The notes beneath the pieces were generated by a model that saw nothing but the letters and a program-made list of their open reading frames with translations, ran no database searches and was not told the origin of the DNA. Position numbers and translations under genes: made by a program. Positions 1-5,948 of a DNA stretch of 64,000 nucleotides are shown here, in pieces (the first letter of the stretch is position 1; every line of letters starts with the position of its first letter). Source of the DNA: Patescibacteria group bacterium (GTDB taxonomy: Bacteria > Patescibacteriota > Minisyncoccia > Phycocordibacterales > UBA9973); the NCBI GenBank assembly GCA_040390725.1, contig JAZJXT010000005.1, positions 13,301 through 77,300 on the forward strand, read 5' to 3'.

Positions 1-111
1 ATGGTCTCGACTGAGGTCTACATTATTTTCATTTTTGTCATTATTATTCATATAAATTTAATAATATCACATAATCATTGCATTTCAAATATAATATGCT
101 ATATTGGATAT

Positions 112-342
112 ATGGTAGTACGAATGAGACATACAAAATCGCATACAAAGAACAGGCGCTCACATCATGCGTTGGTTAAAACCAGTTTCGCAAAGTGCGA
201 GAATTGCTCTGCTTTGAAAAAGCGACATACAGTTTGCAAATCTTGCGGTACTTATCGCGGGATGAAAGTTGTGGATTTGGTCAAAAAAGCTGAAAAGAAA
301 GCTACGAAAGCAAAGGCTAAAAAGGTAGAAGCAGGCAAATAA
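112..342 (+). CDS. rpmF: 50S ribosomal protein L32
   Basis: C-terminal part of ORF 1..342 reads MVVRMRHTKSHTKNRRSHHALVKTSFAKCENCSALKKRHTVCKSCGTYRG, a typical L32 zinc-ribbon. The upstream ORF extension is AT-rich hydrophobic noise. TGcTATATT extended -10 (97-105) sits 6 nt before ATG 112. Confidence 0.8.
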   Translation: MVVRMRHTKSHTKNRRSHHALVKTSFAKCENCSALKKRHTVCKSCGTYRGMKVVDLVKKAEKKATKAKAKKVEAGK

Positions 343-404
343 TTTAATTAGTTTCTAGGGGCTAGTGACTAGAAGCTAGAACCTAAAAACTAGAACCTAA
401 TTTA

Positions 405-1304
405 ATGGCAAACAGGCACCTTTCCAGATCAATAGTGCTCCAGACGCTTTTCGAGTGGGATTTTAACGGCGCAAAAGAAGTCGACTTTAAGGAAATTGTA
501 AATCGTGACTTGAAAGAATATGCCCCTGGACTCGAGGATGATGTTTTCGTGTCCGCGCTTTTGGATTCTGTGGTAAAAAAGAGAACTATTATTGATGAAA
601 TTATTGAGAAAGCTGCGCCTGACTGGCCTTTAGAAAAAATCTCCGTTGTTGATAGAAATATCTTGAGAATAGGTTTGGCTGAGCTACTTTTTGGCGACAG
701 GAAACAAGTGCCTCCAAAAGTCGCTATCAATGAAGCCATTGAGCTGGCGAAAACTTTCGGCGGAGAAAATTCTAGTAAATTTATAAATGGAGTTCTCGGT
801 GCTGTTTACAAAGAAATAGGTGAGCCAGGCAAGGACGAAACGAGCAAGAGCAAAAAGCCCGATGAGCCGGTAGATGTTTTGACGTTGCCGGTAGAAAAAT
901 TTGGCGGGGCGCTTATTTTTTCAAAAAAAGGATCTGACTTATATTTGGCATTAGTTCACGATGTCTTTGGATATTGGACTCTTTCAAAAGGGCACATAGA
1001 GCCTGGTGAGAGTGAAGAAGATGGCACGATGAGAGAAATAAAAGAAGAAACAGGGCTTGATATAAAAATTATAGAAAAGTTGGGTGAGAACGAATATATT
1101 GCAAAGCACCCGGAAAAAGGAAAAATTTTAAAAAAAGTCACTTATTTTTTAGCAGAAAGCGAATATAAAGAATTAGTATTAGAGCAGTCAGGCGGGCTCG
1201 ACGGAGCTAGATGGTTTCAGCTTTCTGAAATTCCTGAGCTTCGCATTTATAACGATATTATACCGTTGATTTCAAAAGCGATTGAGATTATTAGTAAGGG
1301 GTAA
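405..1304 (+). CDS. nusB: NusB antitermination factor fused to a C-terminal NUDIX hydrolase domain
   Basis: N-terminal ~150 aa match NusB (RNILRIGLAELLF, PPKVAINEAIELAKTFGGENSSKFINGVLG). The C-terminal ~140 aa carry a perfect Nudix box GHIEPGESEEDGTMREIKEETGL (GX5EX7REUXEEXGU). Confidence 0.8.
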   Translation: MANRHLSRSIVLQTLFEWDFNGAKEVDFKEIVNRDLKEYAPGLEDDVFVSALLDSVVKKRTIIDEIIEKAAPDWPLEKISVVDRNILRIGLAELLFGDRKQVPPKVAINEAIELAKTFGGENSSKFINGVLGAVYKEIGEPGKDETSKSKKPDEPVDVLTLPVEKFGGALIFSKKGSDLYLALVHDVFGYWTLSKGHIEPGESEEDGTMREIKEETGLDIKIIEKLGENEYIAKHPEKGKILKKVTYFLAESEYKELVLEQSGGLDGARWFQLSEIPELRIYNDIIPLISKAIEIISKG

Positions 1305-1324
1305 GACCTCACCCTAAAAAATTT

Positions 1325-2020
1325 ATGATAAATTTTTCTGAATTCGAGAAAAAAACAAAAATAATTTTTAAAAATAAAGACTTGTTGAAGCAAGCATTCA
1401 TCCACCGTTCATATATAAATGAAAATCCAAATGTTGGGCTATCGCACAATGAACGCTTGGAATTTTTAGGTGATGCAGTGCTCGAGCTCATCGTGACGGA
1501 TTTTCTTTATAAAAAATATCCAAATTATGCGGAAGGGGAATTGACGGCATTACGTTCAGCCCTCGTGAATGCAATTATTATTTCCGAAATTGCTTCAAAG
1601 ACAGGCATGAATGATTTTCTGCTTTTGTCCAAAGGGGAATCCAAAGATATGGGTAAAGCAAGACAATATATTTTGGCGAATACTTATGAGGCATATGTAG
1701 GAGCATTATATATGGATCAGGGATATGATATGGCGGATAAATTTGTTAATGAAACTATTTTGCCTCATACTGATGAAATTATTGCCAAGAAACTTTGGCG
1801 CGATGCGAAAAGCTTGGTACAAGAAAAGTCCCAAGAATTTGTGGGCTTTACTCCAGCGTATAAAGTCTTGCACGAGACAGGTCCGGATCACGACAAGCAT
1901 TTTACCGTCGGCATATATTTCGGACCGGAGTTAATAGCCGAAGGCAAAGGCAAATCAAAACAAGAGGCCGAACAAAAAGCTGCTGAAAATGCATTAAAAT
2001 TAAAACGTTGGTTGGATTAA
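1325..2020 (+). CDS. rnc: ribonuclease III
   Basis: RNase III signature ERLEFLGDAVLEL; C-terminal dsRBD (KHFTVGIYFGPELIAEGKGKSKQEAEQKAAENALK). Confidence 0.9.
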   Translation: MINFSEFEKKTKIIFKNKDLLKQAFIHRSYINENPNVGLSHNERLEFLGDAVLELIVTDFLYKKYPNYAEGELTALRSALVNAIIISEIASKTGMNDFLLLSKGESKDMGKARQYILANTYEAYVGALYMDQGYDMADKFVNETILPHTDEIIAKKLWRDAKSLVQEKSQEFVGFTPAYKVLHETGPDHDKHFTVGIYFGPELIAEGKGKSKQEAEQKAAENALKLKRWLD

Positions 2021-2024
2021 AAAT

Positions 2025-4316
2025 ATGCGATTGAATTCCATAGAAATAAACGGCTTCAAATCTTTTTCCAAAAAAACACCTTTGGAATTTTTGAGTCCTG
2101 TTGTGGCTGTGGTGGGGCCCAATGGCTCCGGCAAGTCTAACGTCGTCGAGGCATTTCGCTTTGTGCTCGGTGAACAATCAATGAAATCAATGCGAGGTAA
2201 AGCCGGCTCGGATTTGGTTTTTAAAGGTTCAAAAAATCTACCGAAAGGCACTCGCGCATCTGTGACGATTTATTTTAATAATGCGGATAAGATTTTTAAA
2301 CTTTCAAATGAAAGCGGCGAGAATGTAAATTTAAATTTTGATACTATTTCTATTTCTCGTGAAGTGCATATTGATGGATTAAATAAATATATTTTAAACG
2401 GCACCGAGGTACGCTTGAAAGATATACAAAATCTTTTGGCCTCGGTGAATATCGGTTCTTCCGGGCACCATATTATTTCTCAAGGCGAGGCGGACAGGAT
2501 TTTAAATGCATCACCACGGGACAGGCGGGAAATGGTAGAGGATGCACTAGGATTGAAAATATACCAATATAAAATAAAAGAAGCAGATAGAAAATTAGAG
2601 AGAACTTTAAATAATATTAAAGAAGTTTCTTTGTTGCGTAGAGAAAACGCTCCGCACTTGAATTTCTTAAAAAAACAAGTGGAGAAATTTGAAAAAGCTA
2701 AAGAAATGAAAGTGGAACTGCTCGACCTTTATCGAGATTATTTAAAAAAAGAGAGCATATATTTAGACCAAGAAAAAAATAATTTAAATAATGAGAAAAA
2801 TAAAATCTCAAATGAACTGGCAAATATCGGTGGGCAACTTTCCTCCATGGAAAGTAATGCTCCGTTTGAGGAAAATAAAAAATCAATAGAAATTAGAAAC
2901 CTTGAACAAAAAATCAGGGAAATAAGAAATGTAAAAAGTGAACTTGAAAGAAAGCTCGGACGCATTGAAGGAATGATAGAAATGGAAGAACGTCGAACAC
3001 AGAAAGCTCCGGTTGAAATACAAAATCAAAATCATACAGAAAAAGTAAATATTCCTCAAGAAGAGCTAGAGAATTTTTTACGCGAAGCGCACGAGTATTT
3101 GGAAGAGGCTATGTATATGGATGTTTTGGAAAATATTCAACCTATTTTGCGTAAAATAAAGGATATTTTGGATAGGTTTGCGAATTCTACTTCTTCGTCA
3201 AAAGTTCCTTCTGATTCTCACCAACCAGCAGGCAGAGCAGTAACTGATAATTCTGAAATGCTAAATAATGTGCAGGCTCTCAAAGATTCTCAGCAAGCAA
3301 TTCTTGCAGAAATGCAAAAGATAGAACAAGAAGAAAAAAATATTTCTGAGAATGTAGAAATTTTGAAAAGTGAAATTAGTAGAGAAGTAGAGGCAGGCAG
3401 AGAGCAAGAGCGTGCAAGGTTTGATTTGAAAATGAAACATAGTGAGCTTTCTTCGGTGTTGAATGTTTTGAAAGTCAGAGAAGAAAATTTATCACGTGAA
3501 GTGGAAAGTTTCGAAAATGAAATTAGGGAAGGTTCGGCTCTTGTCGGCGGGGAAATTTTTTCATATAAAAATGCGGAAGTTTCCGGTGATATTGAAAAGC
3601 ATACTCAAGAAGAAGAGAAAAGAAAAATAGAAAGAATTAAAATAAAATTGGAAGACGCAGGCCTCGGCGGGGGATCAGAAATAATAAAAGAATATGAAGA
3701 GGTTTCCACCCGTGATCAATTCTTGGCGAAAGAATTGGAAGATTTAGGCAAGAGTATTGATTCATTACGCATATTGATGGCGGACTTGAAAGAGAAGATT
3801 GATTTTGAATTTAAAGAAGGTGTGAAAAAAATAAATAAAGAATTCCAAGAATTTTTCGCTCTTATGTTCGGCGGGGGGTCTGGTTTTCTTTCTGTCGTTG
3901 CCGAGCAGAAAAAGGCAAAAGCAGGGGAGGAAGAAGAAACAGAAGATGGAATTATTTTTGAACATGGCATAGAAATAAATGTTTCTCTTCCGCACAAAAA
4001 AGTAAAAGAACTGCATGCGCTTTCCGGAGGCGAGCGCTCGCTCACATCCATCGCGCTTCTTTTCGCAATGTCGCAAGTCAACCCTCCGCCATTTCTTATC
4101 TTAGATGAAACTGACGCAGCCCTCGACGAAGCCAATTCGCGTAAATATGGCGATATGGTGGAAAGACTTTCCAAGCATTCACAGCTCATAGTCGTCACTC
4201 ACAACCGTGAGACGATGTCCCGCGCAGGAGTCCTCTACGGCGTTACCATAGGTGCCGACGGCGCATCCAAACTCCTCTCCGTCAAATTCGACGAAGCTCA
4301 AGCTATTGCGAAATAA
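2025..4316 (+). CDS. smc: SMC-family chromosome segregation ATPase (short 763-aa form)
   Basis: N-terminal SMC head MRLNSIEINGFKSF...VVGPNGSGKSNVVEAFRFVLGEQS; long coiled coil; C-terminal signature LSGGERSLTSIALLFA and Walker B FLILDETDAALD. About 400 aa shorter than canonical SMC. Confidence 0.8.
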   Translation: MRLNSIEINGFKSFSKKTPLEFLSPVVAVVGPNGSGKSNVVEAFRFVLGEQSMKSMRGKAGSDLVFKGSKNLPKGTRASVTIYFNNADKIFKLSNESGENVNLNFDTISISREVHIDGLNKYILNGTEVRLKDIQNLLASVNIGSSGHHIISQGEADRILNASPRDRREMVEDALGLKIYQYKIKEADRKLERTLNNIKEVSLLRRENAPHLNFLKKQVEKFEKAKEMKVELLDLYRDYLKKESIYLDQEKNNLNNEKNKISNELANIGGQLSSMESNAPFEENKKSIEIRNLEQKIREIRNVKSELERKLGRIEGMIEMEERRTQKAPVEIQNQNHTEKVNIPQEELENFLREAHEYLEEAMYMDVLENIQPILRKIKDILDRFANSTSSSKVPSDSHQPAGRAVTDNSEMLNNVQALKDSQQAILAEMQKIEQEEKNISENVEILKSEISREVEAGREQERARFDLKMKHSELSSVLNVLKVREENLSREVESFENEIREGSALVGGEIFSYKNAEVSGDIEKHTQEEEKRKIERIKIKLEDAGLGGGSEIIKEYEEVSTRDQFLAKELEDLGKSIDSLRILMADLKEKIDFEFKEGVKKINKEFQEFFALMFGGGSGFLSVVAEQKKAKAGEEEETEDGIIFEHGIEINVSLPHKKVKELHALSGGERSLTSIALLFAMSQVNPPPFLILDETDAALDEANSRKYGDMVERLSKHSQLIVVTHNRETMSRAGVLYGVTIGADGASKLLSVKFDEAQAIAK

Positions 4317-4328
4317 AGAAGAGAAAAG

Positions 4329-4712
4329 AACCTCACCCCAGATTCAAAGTATCTCACCCTAAGATTCAAGGAACCTCACCCCATCCGCCAGCTGGCGGAC
4401 TCTCCTTATTAAGGAGAGGGGGAAAATACAAAATTCAAATCGGCATGACTATTTTTTATAACAAATCTAAAAATTTAACTAAAAGAATTTTATTGAGACA
4501 ATCTCAAACTTCTCAAGAAGTAATGCTTTGGGGAAAATTAAGAAATATAAAGAATATGACAAGCAAAGGTCTGATTATTTATCGGTATTTAATATCAAAG
4601 TAATTCGTTTTTGGAATAATGAAATAAATACCAATATAGAAGGTGTCATATTAAAAATTATTGATGAGTTGAATTCCCCCTCTCCTTAATAAGGAGAGGG
4701 TAGGGTGAGGTT
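4329..4712. mobile_element. MITE-like non-autonomous element: imperfect terminal inverted repeats flanking a decayed DUF559 endonuclease gene
   Basis: Left end: 2.5 tandem copies of cctcaccc(c)agattcaa(a)g (4331-4382), palindrome ccgccagctggcgg (4386-4399), palindrome tctccttattaaggagaggggg (4401-4422). Right end 4676-4712 ccccctctccttaataaggagagggtagggtgaggttc is the reverse complement of the left end minus the ccgccagctggcgg piece. Confidence 0.55.
4445..4700 (+). pseudogene. DUF559 (Vsr-like endonuclease domain) gene remnant, internally deleted and frameshifted
   Basis: Frame 1 from ATG 4445: MTIFYNKSKNLTKRILLRQSQTSQEVMLWGKLRNIKNMTSKGLIIYRYLISK* (DUF559 N-terminal pattern LRxxxTxxExxLWxxLRN). 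A second frame from ~4603 gives VIRFWNNEINTNIEGVILKIIDELNSPSP* (DUF559 C-terminal RFWNNEV..LEGVL). The ~60-aa core between them is missing. Confidence 0.55.
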
Positions 4713-4772
4713 CTGCTGGATTTATAGTAGTCGCAAAATAAGCCTTATTTATAAGGACTTTCTATATTTTAG

Positions 4773-4801
4773 TTGACATTTGGGTTAGCATATGATATAC
4801 T
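4773..4801 (+). promoter_or_regulatory. canonical sigma70 promoter TTGACA-17-TATACT
   Basis: ttgaca (4773-4778), 17-nt spacer, tatact (4796-4801). Drives a ~150-nt leader with a nested hairpin (4861-4904: tcccgaaatta...taatttcggga, inner cacaac/gttgtg) before ORF 4955. Confidence 0.5.
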
Positions 4802-4954
4802 TGCTGTAGACTATTTCTTTGAAAAAACATTGATTTTTGATTACTTAGGTTATTTGGATTTCCCGAAATTAGATCACAACATTTGTTGTGTTTTAATTTC
4901 GGGAAAAGCTGAACACCCGAGTAAGAAGTAGGCGAAAAAATAAACTTAGAAATA

Positions 4955-5440
4955 ATGAAAGAATTATTGTTAGAAAAAGCACGTGAATCTGGTATCTTAA
5001 TTGATGTGATTGAGAGAAATATTAATATCAATTATGATCAGGATATGTATGAACTTGGGGGATTAATCCGCTCTAATCAAGAGCAAAACATTTTTCGGAA
5101 CATAGATAAAAAATATGATCCCCCTAAGGGACAAAAAAATGAGGACGTAGTTCTCATCAAATTTCCAAAGATGTTTTCCTGGGACCAGGGTGTATCCTGG
5201 GGCCGACAAGCTGGTCTTAGTCATTCAACACCTTGGGTTGTGTTTAGCTTGAAGGATACCCCGTATCCAATTTTGGAAACAAGGGGCTATTCAGTTTGCA
5301 AGTGGGACTATGGACTAAATGGTCAGGTAATTGACGACTGGAGGGAAGAATATGTTTGCGGGATTAACGAAAAAGGTGAAGCAAAAGTCTTTTCTCAGCC
5401 TCGTAGAGAGAATCCTTTCTGGCTCGCATTTCTTCGTTAG
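4955..5440 (+). CDS. hypothetical protein (161 aa) in GC-enriched islet
   Basis: Intact ORF with no recognisable family; local GC visibly higher than neighbouring genes. Confidence 0.5.
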   Translation: MKELLLEKARESGILIDVIERNININYDQDMYELGGLIRSNQEQNIFRNIDKKYDPPKGQKNEDVVLIKFPKMFSWDQGVSWGRQAGLSHSTPWVVFSLKDTPYPILETRGYSVCKWDYGLNGQVIDDWREEYVCGINEKGEAKVFSQPRRENPFWLAFLR

Positions 5441-5514
5441 TGGAAAAAGGTGAAACTGCTTACCTTTAAGTAGCAGAATTTTTTTTGTTTAACTTCTAAT
5501 TTAAAAATCAAATC

Positions 5515-5808
5515 ATGAATTTACATCAGATTACCGTAGAGCAGGCGGCGACTATCGCCACCCAGTTCTTGAAGCAAGAAATTGCAGAAATTCTTTGTTT
5601 GGGTCGCGATGATGGAGAACCTAAATATATTTGTATCAGGATGAAAAATCTTGAGGAGGACGTAAGTCCATGCCTCTATATCTACCCCAGTGGTAGTGTT
5701 CACCTTATTCACATTAAGGATGGAGGAGCAAATAGGCCATTCCAGCCTGTTAATGCTCTGCCTATAACGGATTATCTCCGTAGTGAGGGATTTGAGTTTA
5801 AATACTAA
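5515..5808 (+). CDS. hypothetical protein (97 aa)
   Basis: Intact ORF following a hairpin/T-run after the 161-aa gene; no recognisable family. Confidence 0.45.
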   Translation: MNLHQITVEQAATIATQFLKQEIAEILCLGRDDGEPKYICIRMKNLEEDVSPCLYIYPSGSVHLIHIKDGGANRPFQPVNALPITDYLRSEGFEFKY

Positions 5809-5852
5809 TTTTCCTCAGTAAAGCCACTTACTAAAATAGTGGCACGTAATAA

Positions 5853-5888
5853 AAAACGCGTACGATTCAATCTACGCGTTTTCTTTTT
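5853..5888 (+). terminator. rho-independent terminator
   Basis: aacgcgtacgattcaatctacgcgtt stem followed by ttcttttt. A smaller hairpin gccactta...tagtggc precedes it at 5823-5843. Confidence 0.6.
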
Positions 5889-5904
5889 GCTAATTTTTAA
5901 ATTT

Positions 5905-5936
5905 CTACGATAGTCGACATATGTTTGCTATCGTAG
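5905..5936 (+). repeat. 32-bp nested palindrome, copy 1 of 3: CTACGATAGTCGACATATGTTTGCTATCGTAG
   Basis: Perfect 9-bp outer arms ctacgatag/ctatcgtag with inner palindromes gtcgac and acatatgt. Near-identical copies at 50855-50886 (opposite orientation) and 51497-51526. Confidence 0.8.
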
Positions 5937-5948
5937 ATTATGGATAGT

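Noticed and set aside
1-111. Upstream portion of ORF 1..342 (MVSTEVYIIFIFVIIIHINLIISHNHCISNIICYIGY)
   Set aside because: It is an AT-rich hydrophobic artefact. L32 homology starts at Met 112, and the rpmF promoter (TGcTATATT) lies inside this stretch.
4386-4399. Perfect palindrome ccgccagctggcgg as a stand-alone operator or restriction-site-like feature
   Set aside because: It is better explained as an internal part of the left terminal repeat of the MITE-like element, and it is absent from the right arm.
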